Source: Roseibacillus sp. (GTDB taxonomy: Bacteria; Verrucomicrobiota; Verrucomicrobiia; Verrucomicrobiales; Akkermansiaceae). Taken from it: DNA of 64,000 bases. A program made the position numbers and the translations under genes. The DNA is taken from positions 288,001 to 352,000 of the forward strand of contig CBDEUM010000029.1 in the NCBI GenBank assembly GCA_965242925.1, given 5' to 3'. This document shows, piece by piece, positions 40,763 through 51,500 of the stretch (the first letter of the stretch is position 1; every line of letters begins with the position of its first letter). The notes below the pieces were generated by a model. It worked only from the letters and a program-made list of their open reading frames with translations, ran no database searches and was not told the origin of the DNA.

Positions 40763-40817
40763 TCTCCGGGATTGCTTCTTCCCTCATGCGGGCACGGGTC
40801 CGGGTCTACTGCTTCGC

Positions 40818-42260
40818 TCAAAGCTGATCGGCAAGGGGTTCCACGAATGGATTGAACCAGCTTCGAGTGTCCTCGAGGGTGAGACGCTTGGACACCGCAA
40901 AGTCTTTTGCGAAGACGCGCCGGGCAAGTTCCCTGACCGCGGGGGGGTCGGAGTAGGAAATGTTCAATTCGTAGCTGATCTGCAGGCTATGGGTGTCAAG
41001 GTTGGTGGCCCCTACTGTTGCCCAGCCATCGCAGATGGTGGCCTTCATGTGCGTCATTCCGGGATAGCGATAGACGATTGCACCGGCCCGCAGGAGCACT
41101 CCGGCAGCCTGGTGGTTGGCGAGGTCCATGGTCTTCTCGATAGGGTCGTCGGGGAGGACTGGAATGATGACCCGCACGTCGACCCCCCGGTTGCAGGCAG
41201 CGATAAGAGCATCGAGAATCCGGTCACTGGTGATGTATTCGTTTTCGATCCAGACCCGGCTGCGGCTGGCCCGAATGGCTCTCAGGGTGGCCTCCAGTGG
41301 TTCCCGGCGCCCTTCCAGGAGATTGGTGCTCAGCACGCGGATGGGAAAGGATCCCGGTGGAGGTGGCCCGGCTCGCGGACTGAATCCGGGAGGTGTCCGT
41401 AGCAGGGAGAGGTCGCCAAGGGGATGAGCAAATCGCCACTTCTTGTCAAACTCGGGCTGGAGCTGGTCCACCACCGGCCCGCGTACGCGGACCATGAGGT
41501 CGTGCCATTCGGAGTAATATTCGCGACCGATATTGATTCCCCCGAGGAGGGCGGTACGCCCATCAAAGACGAGCAGCTTGCAGTGATCCAGCACGGCCCA
41601 GGGATTCAGGATGCGGCGCAATTGGAGAGAGGAGTCGCGGCGCAGGTAGCGGGCCATGTCCGGGACTGCGCGAAATCCCGCAGGTGCCGGGGTGTGCGGC
41701 TCCAGGCTCGCCGAGACAGTGGTTCCGATGTCGTCGAGAAGAATCCGGGTGGGGACCGAGCGGCCATGGTTCTTCACCAGGTCGGCGTAGTGCACGCTGA
41801 TGTCGTCGTTGTCCCAGATGTAGAGCTGCAGGTCGATCGATTCACGGGCATTGCGCAGTTCCTCTTCAAGGGCGGGAAAGAACTCCGGCCCATCTACCAG
41901 CAGTTCCACCGTGCCGGGTGTGGGAGCGGGCAGCCCGAGGCGGGTCAGGCTGGCGGAAAACTCCAGGCTGCCGGGAATTCCGCTGGTGCGGGGTGGGGGA
42001 TCGACCAGGAAAGGGATGTTTCCCCGCACCAGCTCCTCGGCCCGCTGTATCAACATCGCCAGTCCCAGTCTGGTCGAGGTGACCGGGCTCCGGACCTTGG
42101 AGAGGAGGCTGGCTCGTCCGGCCATGGCGCTCATCTGGACCGTGCTCACCAGAGGGCCGTTCACCTGGGTGTCTGGACGGTTGGTACAGGACGAAATCAG
42201 TAAGGCAAGAGTGAGAGCGAGCGAAATCGCGCGTCCGGGCAGAATCAATGGATTCATCAC
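40818..42260 (-). CDS. Phospholipase D / cardiolipin-synthase-like protein
   Basis: Two HxK(x4)D motifs (HCKLLVFD, HMKATICD), GGINIG, WHD; lipobox-like LISSC. Confidence 0.85.
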   Translation of the reverse strand: MMNPLILPGRAISLALTLALLISSCTNRPDTQVNGPLVSTVQMSAMAGRASLLSKVRSPVTSTRLGLAMLIQRAEELVRGNIPFLVDPPPRTSGIPGSLEFSASLTRLGLPAPTPGTVELLVDGPEFFPALEEELRNARESIDLQLYIWDNDDISVHYADLVKNHGRSVPTRILLDDIGTTVSASLEPHTPAPAGFRAVPDMARYLRRDSSLQLRRILNPWAVLDHCKLLVFDGRTALLGGINIGREYYSEWHDLMVRVRGPVVDQLQPEFDKKWRFAHPLGDLSLLRTPPGFSPRAGPPPPGSFPIRVLSTNLLEGRREPLEATLRAIRASRSRVWIENEYITSDRILDALIAACNRGVDVRVIIPVLPDDPIEKTMDLANHQAAGVLLRAGAIVYRYPGMTHMKATICDGWATVGATNLDTHSLQISYELNISYSDPPAVRELARRVFAKDFAVSKRLTLEDTRSWFNPFVEPLADQL

Positions 42261-43576
42261 TTCCCTTTCTCCGCAATACAGTAAACCGATTTGTCACCTC
42301 TCAGAATAATTGCTCCTTCCACCAGGGCGGCACTGGCGCTGAAGCTATCGTCGAGTTTGTTGAGGGAGAGGGCTTCTGGTTTCTCGCCGGAGGAGAATAC
42401 GAGGGTTTGGCCGTCAAGGGATGTAATGTAGATGCGGCCCGCGGCAGCGACGGGCGAGGCGTAGACATTGCCGATACCTGTCAGGCGTGCCCGTTCATAA
42501 ACTGGTTCCCCGGTGATGGCCTTGCGGCAGGTGAGCACCCCCTGGTAATGGCGGTGGTAGTAAACGAGGCCGTCGTAGAGGAGAAGGGAAGGAACGTAGG
42601 GTGTGTCGCGGCGTTTGATCCAGGAGACATTCCCGCCACCGGTCAGATCACCGGCAGCGCCATCCAGCCTGATCCCGAGGATAGCCTGTTTCTCGTAACT
42701 CGATCCACAGATGACCAGTCCCTCCTGTGAGACGGGACCGGCCACCACGTTGTGGGAGAGTCCTCCGCATTCCCAGAGGAGGTTGCCGTTGGCGAGATCA
42801 TAGCTGCGGATCCGGTTGGCGGCGGAGACCACCACCTGCACGGGATCGGTGTGGGTGAGGATGTGGGGTGATGACCAGGAGGTGGGTTCGTCGCGGTCCC
42901 TGCGCCAGCGTTGGGCACCGGTCTTCGTATCGAAGGCCACGATGAAGGAGGGGCCTTCGTGATCCCAGTTTACCACCAGGGTGTCACCGTGTAGCGCGGG
43001 GGAGGCTCCTTCCCCGTGCCCGTGCTTGGTGTGCATGTCGCCCAGGTCCTTTTCCCAGAGGACATTTCCCTTCAGGTCGAGCGCGAAAATCCCATTGGAT
43101 CCGAAGAAGGCATAGATCCGTTCGCCGTCAGTGATGGGGGAAGCGGAGGCATAGCTGCCGGTATCATGGCGACTCTCGTGAGGGATGCTGTCCCGCACGG
43201 TTTTTTGCCAGGCGATCTTCCCGTTGGAGCGGTTGATTGCGAGTACGACGAACTTCATCTGCCGCACCTTGAGGATATTGTCATGCGCGCCGGGCCGCAC
43301 CCCGGCTGGAGGCGGGACCGGCGTGCCATGGGCGATGGCAGCGGTGAGGTAGATCCGGTCAGCCCAGACCACGGGTGAAGAATGACCCTTTCCTGGCAGG
43401 GAAACCTTCCACTTGATGTTCCTGGACTCGCTCCACTCTACCGGGGGGTCCGCCTTGGTCGCCACTCCGGTATCGAGAGGCCCCCGCCATTGGGCCCAGT
43501 AACGTTCGTCGTTGGATCCCTCCGCTGCCGCATACAGCGGAACGAGAGTGGCGGCAAAGAACCACGAGCCTTTCAT
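42257..43576 (-). CDS. PQQ-binding-like beta-propeller protein
   Basis: WAQWRGP, GHSSPVV, YASASPITDG, PYVPS. Confidence 0.85.
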   Translation of the reverse strand: MKGSWFFAATLVPLYAAAEGSNDERYWAQWRGPLDTGVATKADPPVEWSESRNIKWKVSLPGKGHSSPVVWADRIYLTAAIAHGTPVPPPAGVRPGAHDNILKVRQMKFVVLAINRSNGKIAWQKTVRDSIPHESRHDTGSYASASPITDGERIYAFFGSNGIFALDLKGNVLWEKDLGDMHTKHGHGEGASPALHGDTLVVNWDHEGPSFIVAFDTKTGAQRWRRDRDEPTSWSSPHILTHTDPVQVVVSAANRIRSYDLANGNLLWECGGLSHNVVAGPVSQEGLVICGSSYEKQAILGIRLDGAAGDLTGGGNVSWIKRRDTPYVPSLLLYDGLVYYHRHYQGVLTCRKAITGEPVYERARLTGIGNVYASPVAAAGRIYITSLDGQTLVFSSGEKPEALSLNKLDDSFSASAALVEGAIILRGDKSVYCIAEKGK

Positions 43577-43672
43577 TCCGGGATGGAATCAGGAGGCGTG
43601 CCTCGCTGTCGAGTCGGAACGAGTTTTCAATTGCAGCCTTGGAGGGGGAGGCTCAGAGGACTTGGCAGCACT

Positions 43673-44641
43673 TCACCGGTGGGCGCGTCGTTGGAGGAGA
43701 ATCCCGATGATCAGCGCGGCTTCGAAGAGGGGGAAAAGCAGCAGGCCTGGGGGTTGCGCGGGGAAGGGGAGACTCCAGTAGTATTCCCGAAGCAAGTAAT
43801 GGATGAAGCCGTGGAGGAGTCCAAGCCAGCAAAGTGCGATGAGAGCTCGTTGGATACGGGGGGAGAGGACGAGGCGTTCCTGGTCCGCCCGCACGCAGTA
43901 GAGAAAAGTGAGGGGAAGGTAGACCAGGAGCAGACGTGCGAAGTCGATCCCGAAAAGAAGGATCGTAAACAAATGGAAAAGGGGAACGACGAGGACGATC
44001 CAGCGCCGGAAAGGAGGGAGAAGAGCAAGCGGAACACAGAGCTCAAACCAGACCGTGAGTTGATCGAGGATTTCCCAGCCCCAGCCGGGAAGGTTGGTGA
44101 GGGACCACGCGAGGAGGGGTTCCGTCTTTCCGTAGGCATGGAAGTAGGTCAGGGCCCAGGAAAGAGTGGCCTGAGTGTTGAGATCGAGCCACCCGCCGAC
44201 CACCTTCGCCATTCCCGAGGAGGCGAAGTAAACGGCGAGACAGAAGAGAAGCGCGCGTTTTGGCTTAACCCCGGGAAGGGTCAGAAAAAACGGGAGAAGG
44301 AGAACGACAAAATCGTGGTCGATCTTGCCCGCGGAGTAGAAGAACCCGCTCGTGGAGGTCAGGCAGAGGGTCAGGCCTGCTCCCACGATCCATTTTCCCC
44401 ACCCGGCTACCCACAAGGCGAAGAAAAGAAAGGTTGCGCAATTGGTTGCGCTAATCAGCCCCAGCGGGGGATAGCTTTCGAAGAGGGTGAAGGGTCCGAG
44501 CGGGGGATGGAAATGGTCCTCCCCCAGAACGATGAGCGAGCGGGGCGACTTCAGCGGGAAGAAGAGCAGAATCAGCCCCGTGTAAGTAAGGCGCCCGAGA
44601 ACAAGTGCATCGTTCTGGTGCAGGCGGAGGGGATCAGTCAT
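43673..44641 (-). CDS. Polytopic membrane protein, HTTM-like
   Basis: GKIDH, YFASSGMAK..GGW, FEL, FHL..LLFGIDF motifs. Confidence 0.6.
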   Translation of the reverse strand: MTDPLRLHQNDALVLGRLTYTGLILLFFPLKSPRSLIVLGEDHFHPPLGPFTLFESYPPLGLISATNCATFLFFALWVAGWGKWIVGAGLTLCLTSTSGFFYSAGKIDHDFVVLLLPFFLTLPGVKPKRALLFCLAVYFASSGMAKVVGGWLDLNTQATLSWALTYFHAYGKTEPLLAWSLTNLPGWGWEILDQLTVWFELCVPLALLPPFRRWIVLVVPLFHLFTILLFGIDFARLLLVYLPLTFLYCVRADQERLVLSPRIQRALIALCWLGLLHGFIHYLLREYYWSLPFPAQPPGLLLFPLFEAALIIGILLQRRAHR

Positions 44642-45083
44642 GGATGATGTCCTCTTCACCGATCAGTTCGGGCGGGGCATTGAGCGGGGCGTGAAACTTG
44701 TAGGCGGACCATTCCACATGAGAGAAGTCTTCTGTGTTTCCGGGACGGAGGCTTGAGCTGCGAAGAGAATGCCCGATGAGAAACTCACGGGCGGCAGAGC
44801 CTGAAAGGGACGGGGCAAGCTGGGAAAAATTCCGCTGGGCAGGGATTCCAAGGGTCTCGTGTCGGAGCAGTTTCCCGGAAGAGGGCAGGTTCGTTTCATC
44901 GCCCGTCTCTCGATAGAAGGGCACGTAGATGGTTCGGTCCTTCTGGAGGTGTCCGGCGAAGAGGGGACCCTGCAGTGAGGGGTAGGGCTCGCCGAGGGTA
45001 AAGATGCAGAGGACGTGGCCGGCGGCGATTGCGTAGGCGACGAGCAGTAGTCGACCTCGTCGAATTCCCGATGGCGATTCCAC
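44634..45083 (-). CDS. Small membrane-anchored hypothetical protein
   Basis: One TM segment followed by GEPYP; stop overlaps start of the HTTM-like gene; start uncertain. Confidence 0.5.
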   Translation of the reverse strand: MESPSGIRRGRLLLVAYAIAAGHVLCIFTLGEPYPSLQGPLFAGHLQKDRTIYVPFYRETGDETNLPSSGKLLRHETLGIPAQRNFSQLAPSLSGSAAREFLIGHSLRSSSLRPGNTEDFSHVEWSAYKFHAPLNAPPELIGEEDIIHD

Positions 45084-45148
45084 GTCGCAGTGAACCGCGT
45101 GGATGGAGGGATCGTCAACGCATTCCCCGTATTCCCATGGGACGGAGG

Positions 45149-46975
45149 TTACCGTGGCGGGAGGTCCGTGGACTCGTCTGAAGCATTTTCCCCGGCGATG
45201 CCGAGGAGAATCCGGGCCTCTTGGAGGGGGCGGGCTTCGGCCCATTGGCGGGCCTGCTGGCGCATTTTGTTGATCGCTTCACGGTGCCCGTTCCTCGCTT
45301 CGTCGCTGTCGTCCTCAAAGGGGGCCTCGGGCCAGTCCCAGTTGTCGGTGCGGAAGGAGGGGATCGGGATGATGCGCTCATGGTGTCCGCTGTTGACAGC
45401 GTTACCGAGCGGGTTGCGTGCCCAGGCGTAACGGACCGCGACCGGTTTGGGGACGAGGGGGCTCCAGACCTTCAGCCTGCGTTCATCTTTCTGCTCGCGT
45501 CCACGGTCGTCCTTGCCTTTGACCACGAACTCGGCGTGGGCGGGCACGAAGTGACGATCCTCGCCCGCGATGGCGAATCCCTCGAAGGGTCGGCCATCGT
45601 GGACCCGCACCATGCCGTTAAAACTGAGGATCATGTGGCCGGCCCCGGCCTCGGACTGCTCCAGGGTAGTGGGTTTCCAGCGGAGTTGCGATTGGCCGTA
45701 GTGGATAGCCAGGGCCCAGCGTGCCATCCGCTCACCGTGCAGGACCTTTTTGTGAGGGTGGTACCAGGGAACCTGCTGGTCGTAGGCGGGCATGAAGCAG
45801 ACATGCTCCAGCTCCCGGGCGGCTCCGGACTGTCCCTCGCGGATGAAAGGGGCGGCATCGACCATGCGGATCTCGAAGTTCTCGCGGGTTTGTGGCTGTC
45901 CGCCCGGGGTGAGTCCGATGATGCCAAAGGGCATATCCTGGTCGCGAAAGGCTCGTCGCCAGTCGCGGATCATGGATTGCATGACCTTGGCGTAGAGGCG
46001 GGGTCGCGCGTTACCGAGGGCGTTGTTGTAGCCCTGATTGAAGATGGCGCCCTTGATGCTGGCATTGCTGAAGGAAGAGAGCATTCCGTTGAAGGAGGCC
46101 CCGGGATTATTGCGGTCGGTGGCGGGATTCTGGTCAGGTTCGGTGGGCTTGGGGTTGGGTTTTTCCCCGCGGGCCACCCGGCGCTCGCTGTCCTTTTCCC
46201 AGCGTTCGATACGGGCCTTCAGGCTCGCTTCCGCATCATAGGCGGCAATCTTGCGGTCCCATTCGTCGGTGAGCCCCTTCGCTTCCGGGATGGTGCTCAG
46301 CATCGATCGTGAGGTCCAGGCCTCCGCGGTGGTTCCTCCCCACGAGTTGTCGATCAGGCCGATGGGCACGCCCGAGACGAGGTGGAGACGCTTGCCGAAG
46401 ATGTAGCCGATGGCGCTGAAGCGTTCCACCGCCTTGGGAGTGCACTGGGACCAACTCCCCTTTTGCTCATGGCGGCGCTCCCAGGAGTTGAATTCATTGA
46501 GACGGTCCATGTCTCGGAAGGCGGAGGGGCCGGCCTCCTGCGGCACGGTGAGGAGGCGGATCAGGGGATGGTTGGCGGAGGCCACCTCCATGTCTCCGTG
46601 GTAGACGTAGCTGATCACATCCTCCATGTTGCTCTGTCCTCCGCAGACCCAGATGTCCCCGACGAGAATGTGGTCATAGGTGATGGTGGTCTCCCCGCTT
46701 CGAATCGTCATGGCCCTGCCCTGGGTGCTGGCGGGCAGGGCTTCCAGTTCCATGAGCCAATGACCCTGGTCATCCGCTTTCACGGTCAGGTCGCGCGTGG
46801 CGAATCTCACCTGCACGTTTTCCCCGGGCTGAGCGCTGCCCCACACGCGGATGGGCTTGTCTCGTTGGATGACCATGTGCTCACCGAAGAAGTGAGCAAC
46901 GGTGAGCTCGGCATGGATGAGGGAAGGCAGGAACAGGAAAAGCAGAGCGAGGGACGAGGCGAGCTGGCGTGTCAT
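45149..46975 (-). CDS. Sialate O-acetylesterase family (SGNH) protein
   Basis: HMVIQRDKP, GDIWVCGGQSNM, WGGTTAEAW, HPHKK, VRYAW; start ATG 46975. Confidence 0.88.
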   Translation of the reverse strand: MTRQLASSLALLFLFLPSLIHAELTVAHFFGEHMVIQRDKPIRVWGSAQPGENVQVRFATRDLTVKADDQGHWLMELEALPASTQGRAMTIRSGETTITYDHILVGDIWVCGGQSNMEDVISYVYHGDMEVASANHPLIRLLTVPQEAGPSAFRDMDRLNEFNSWERRHEQKGSWSQCTPKAVERFSAIGYIFGKRLHLVSGVPIGLIDNSWGGTTAEAWTSRSMLSTIPEAKGLTDEWDRKIAAYDAEASLKARIERWEKDSERRVARGEKPNPKPTEPDQNPATDRNNPGASFNGMLSSFSNASIKGAIFNQGYNNALGNARPRLYAKVMQSMIRDWRRAFRDQDMPFGIIGLTPGGQPQTRENFEIRMVDAAPFIREGQSGAARELEHVCFMPAYDQQVPWYHPHKKVLHGERMARWALAIHYGQSQLRWKPTTLEQSEAGAGHMILSFNGMVRVHDGRPFEGFAIAGEDRHFVPAHAEFVVKGKDDRGREQKDERRLKVWSPLVPKPVAVRYAWARNPLGNAVNSGHHERIIPIPSFRTDNWDWPEAPFEDDSDEARNGHREAINKMRQQARQWAEARPLQEARILLGIAGENASDESTDLPPR

Positions 46976-47067
46976 GGGAGAGCTATCGCATGCCCGGCCG
47001 GGAAGGGCAATGTCCGGGGGTGGCACGGTCCTCCCGGGCGCCTCCCGGGGCCAGTTGGTGGATCTCC

Positions 47068-48411
47068 CTACACCTCCGCCAGTGGTGTGGCGGAGTCGCC
47101 GAAACGGTCGAGACGGATACCAAACTTGTCCATCAGGCTCAGGAAGAGACTGCACATCTGACGGTTGGGCTTGTCGCGGTAGTCGAGAATGCGGCCGCCC
47201 TGGAGTTTCCCCCCGCCACCCCCGAGGATGGTGACCGGGAGCTGGGTTGCATCGTGCCCGCCGATGAGCATGCTGGAGCTCATCATGATGATGGAATTGT
47301 CCAGGCAGGTGCGTTCGCCCTCCTGGATGGCGTCCAGTTTGTCTGCGATGTAGGCGAACTGCCTGAAGAAGAAGTTGTTGACCTTGAGCCAGTCCTCGCT
47401 GTCGCGGTGGGAAAGGAGGTGGTGGATCATGTAGTCCACACCGAGGTTGGGGAAACGCAGCGAGGAATGGTCGTTGTTGAGCTTGAGGCTGCACACGCGG
47501 GTGGTATCGGTCTGGAAGGCCAGGACCATGATGTCACACATGAGCTTCATGTGTTCGCCGATGTCCTGGGGAATGCCGTCCGCCGGTCGCGGAATGAGCG
47601 GTTTGTCGAGGGTGGGTCGCCAGCCCTGGAGCTCACCACGCTGGCCGGCGTTCTCAATCCGCTGTTCCACCTCCCGCACGGAATTGAGATATTCATCGAG
47701 CTTCTGTTGATCATGCGAGCTCACCCTGCGGCGAAGGTCTCCGGCTTCCTCCAGGATCGAGTCGAGCACGCTGCGGTCACCGGGATGTTCGCCGTGCTTG
47801 AAGAGACGGTCGAAGGCGAGTGCCGGATAGACTTCCAGCGGGGTGGGGGTAGTGGGAGAGCTCCACGAGATGTGAGAGCTGTAGATCATCGAGTAGTTTT
47901 TGTGGATTGACGGATTGGCCTTTTCGCAGCCGAGGACCAGGCTGGGCACCCTGGAGGTGCGACCGTAGCGCTGGGCGATGATCTGGTCGAAGCTGGTGCC
48001 TGATCTGATTTGGCCACCCGGGGCCAGAGGCGCACCCGAGAGCAGGTTGCCCGTCATGGAACTGTGGATGTTCCCCTTGAGGGCTTCCGCGTTGAAGAGG
48101 CCGCGAATGAAGAGGAGCTTTTCACGGTGGGGAGTGAGGGGTTCGAGGACCCGGCCCAGCTTCATCTCCCTGCCCTCACCCTCCGCACGGTATTCGGCCT
48201 TGTGGAAGCCGTTTCCAGCAAAGAGGACGCCCAGGCGCAGTGGGGCTTCCGCGCCCGGTTGTTTCGGTTTGGGCTCGTCGGCGAAGGAGGGCAGGGACTC
48301 GAACCAGGGGAGGGCCATGCTCACGCCGAGGCCCCGCAGGACCGTGCGGCGGGAGAGCTCACGCTTGCGTAGACAGTTCCGGTCCCGGCGAATCTTCATT
48401 CGGGTCAGCAT
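47068..48411 (-). CDS. DUF1552 family protein
   Basis: SRRTVLRGLGVSMALPWFES, SLVLGCE, KLDEYLNSVREVE, AFQTDTTRV. Confidence 0.9.
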   Translation of the reverse strand: MLTRMKIRRDRNCLRKRELSRRTVLRGLGVSMALPWFESLPSFADEPKPKQPGAEAPLRLGVLFAGNGFHKAEYRAEGEGREMKLGRVLEPLTPHREKLLFIRGLFNAEALKGNIHSSMTGNLLSGAPLAPGGQIRSGTSFDQIIAQRYGRTSRVPSLVLGCEKANPSIHKNYSMIYSSHISWSSPTTPTPLEVYPALAFDRLFKHGEHPGDRSVLDSILEEAGDLRRRVSSHDQQKLDEYLNSVREVEQRIENAGQRGELQGWRPTLDKPLIPRPADGIPQDIGEHMKLMCDIMVLAFQTDTTRVCSLKLNNDHSSLRFPNLGVDYMIHHLLSHRDSEDWLKVNNFFFRQFAYIADKLDAIQEGERTCLDNSIIMMSSSMLIGGHDATQLPVTILGGGGGKLQGGRILDYRDKPNRQMCSLFLSLMDKFGIRLDRFGDSATPLAEV

Positions 48412-48510
48412 AGCGGGAGTTTCGTGCAGTGAAATGCAAAAACGGATTGAAGTGAGTGTTCCTGTCTGCCGTCCGGGACACCGGTCGGCAGGCAGGAACA
48501 AACGATGATG

Positions 48511-51500
48511 CTACTCTGGAGCACTCCGGATTTCGCGGAACTGCCTGCTGAGCACGATGGTCTCCACGAGGGTTCTCACCCTGTAGTCGTCCCCCTTGAG
48601 CCGGACCATCAGTTCGTCGAGGAGGGGTTCATCCGAAAGTTGAACTTCGCGGCCGAGGGCATAGCCGAGGAGTTTGCGGCAGAAGTAGCGGACAAAGGTG
48701 TCACCGCGCTCCTCCAGCAGGTAGGTCCGCAGACCATCGAGTCCGCGAATGGCCGCACCGTCGGGGAGGGTCGCGGAGGTGTCCCGGCCCTCCCGTGAGC
48801 GCCCAATGGTGTCGAAGGCCTCCAGGGCGAAGCCGTAAGGATCGATGCGGTCGTGGCATTTGGCACAGGCGGGTTCGGAACTGTGTTTCTGAATCAACTC
48901 GCGCGCAGTGAGGCCCGTTGGAACCTGATCGGGCAGGGTGGGAACGTCCTTCGGCGGCTTGGGCAGTTTTTCGCCGAGAAGGGTTTCGGAAATCCAGGTT
49001 CCCCGCAGAATGGGACTGGTCCGGGAGGCGCCGGAGTGCTTGGCAAGAGTGCTGGCAAACCCGAGGATGCCGCCCCGGTTCAGCCGCCGGAGACCGCTGA
49101 CTCGCTGCCAGCCTCCGGTGGGTGGGGGCAGGCGGTAGAATCTTGCCAGCTCGGCGTCAGCAAAGGTGTGATCCGAGTTGAGGAGGGAGAGAATGGATCG
49201 GTTGTTCTGGAAGAAGTCGGTGAAAAACCGGACGGCCTCCTCGTACATTTTTCCGCGGAGCTTCGCGAACTCCGGATAGAGTTTCTCGTTCTTCTCCTGG
49301 TGCTGGTCGAAGTCGCGGATATTGAGCCACTGGCAACCGAAGTGGATGGCGAGTCTCCGCGTACCGTCGTCGTCAAGCATGCGCCGGGTTTCGCGGATCA
49401 GGACCTCGTCGGTGAATGCTTCGTTGCGAGCCACGGTCAACAGGTGGATGTCGGGAGTGGAGGAGCTCAGGAAGTAGGAGAGGCGGGTGGCCATCTCCCA
49501 GTTGTTGATCGGTCCCTGCGTGGGTTCCAGGGCGGGTGTTTCGGTTTTATAGAGGAAGGGGGCGGAGCTGAAGAGGCGGGCGAGGGTGAGGCGGCAGGCC
49601 TTCTCATGGGAAAATTTCTCTGCCCGGAGACGGGCGTAGAGTGCCGGGACGGCCTGCAGTTCTTCGCTGGTGAGTGGTCTGCGATAGAGGGTAGAGGCAA
49701 ATGTCGTGAGGGCCTCCAGATGCCGCTTTTCGGCTGACAGGAGTTGCCGGTCGAGCCCGGCGGCACGTTTGCGGATGGCCGTCTCCATTGGTTCGAACTT
49801 GGAGGGATCGGCGTCCTGAGTGGCAAACTGCCAGATCTGTTCGTAGGCGGTTACCAGCCGGTGGGGTTCGCGTTTTACGAAGCGGAGTTGCTTCCACAGC
49901 GCGTCGATTTTCTTCATCTCGTGCTCGTCCAGCATGAGGCGTTCGAGGTGTTCGTCTTCGCGGTGATAGAGGAGCAGGGTCACCACCTCGTCAGCAGGCA
50001 CGATCCGTGCGTAACACATGGCGGCCGGGAAGAGATTGCGGTATTCGTCCAGGGCTCGCTTCATGTTCTCCATGGACCCGGGGCCGGATTGCACCACGAG
50101 GGGCAGGGAGGGGTCGAGGGTGGCTGTGTCCTGCCGGGGAGCCGGACCAGGGCCTCCCTGCAGTTGAACCACGGCCTTCTCCCCACCGGATGGGTTGATG
50201 GTTCCGCGAGCCACGAATTCCGCACCGGTGACGAGGGTCGGGGGGAGCTTGAATTCGAGAGGAGAGCCGGCAGGCACAATGAGGTTGCCGTCCTTGTCGA
50301 AGCGGTCGTCCTGTCGGCCATTCTGTTGCTGCCGCCGGGCCAGTTCGGCAAAGTCGAGAGCAGAAAAGAGCGGGCCCTGGAGTGAAGTCAGGTGCTGGTG
50401 GGTGGCACGATCGGATTCAGAGGCCTGGTCCGCAGGGGAGTCGTGCAGCAGTTCCTGGACCCGGAGTGCGATTTCGTTCGAGCGAGCGGGATCCTTCTCG
50501 CGCAGCCATCGCTCCAGGATTGAGTCGGGAAGGACCCCGGATTCCTTCGGGCGGCTGTCATTCATGCCGCCGTAGAAGTGCCACACCGCAGGATGGCCGT
50601 GGTGATCGGGGTGGGGATTGCCCGCCAGCATGTCATCTGCGCAATCGCCGGACAGTGACCACTTGCGCTGGGTTCCGCCCAGTTCCTCGATGGTGAGATC
50701 AATCTCGGTGAGGTCGCAGCTGTGGTTGTTGTCGCGCGCACCGATGATGATCGAGAGGAGGTCGCCCTTCCGGACGTCAAGAGCGGAAACGGGTTCGATC
50801 CGGGCCGTCTGGCCCTGATCAAGGTTGGCGGATCGTAGGATTCGCGTGAGGCCGGCACGTCTCAGGTTGACGGACCACGCCACTCCGTTACCGCAGGAGC
50901 CGTGGGCATCCTGGACGTGTGGCGTTACTTTCACCTGCCCGGTAAATGGGCTCATCCAGCCGGTGGCGATCCATCGTTCCGGTCGCGGGTGGGTGACGAT
51001 GTGATGGGGTCGGAGGTGGCCGGGAATTCGGACCGCCTGGTCGGACGAATTGCCGAGGAGCGAGTAGTCGGCTACTCCCTTGAGGGTCCAGCCGTTCACG
51101 AAATCGTAATCGCGGACTGCCGGGATTTTCTCGTTGAGATGTTCCCCGATCTTCAACCGGCCACCGGAGATGCCAAGGTAGGATGCCCATCCCGCGAGAA
51201 CACCGGGATGAAGCGAGCGCTCCCCGGCTACTCGGCTGAGGTTGGCTGCATCTCCGCTCCTCCGCAGCTCCGAGGCGGCGGCAAGGTAGTCCGCAGTCCG
51301 GGCAAGACTCCTGCCGCGGAGCAGTTCCACTTCCGCGGCGGCGGCCTCCAGGTCCCGCAGGAAAATGGGATCCTTTCCCGGTCGCACGATGCGGGGTTGC
51401 TGCCACTGGACCTTGCCGCCGTTACCAAGGTGGCGCCCAATGAGGTGAATGCTGTTGGTTCCGGGGGTCAGCTTGACCCGGATATCGTGGTGGGAGGCGA

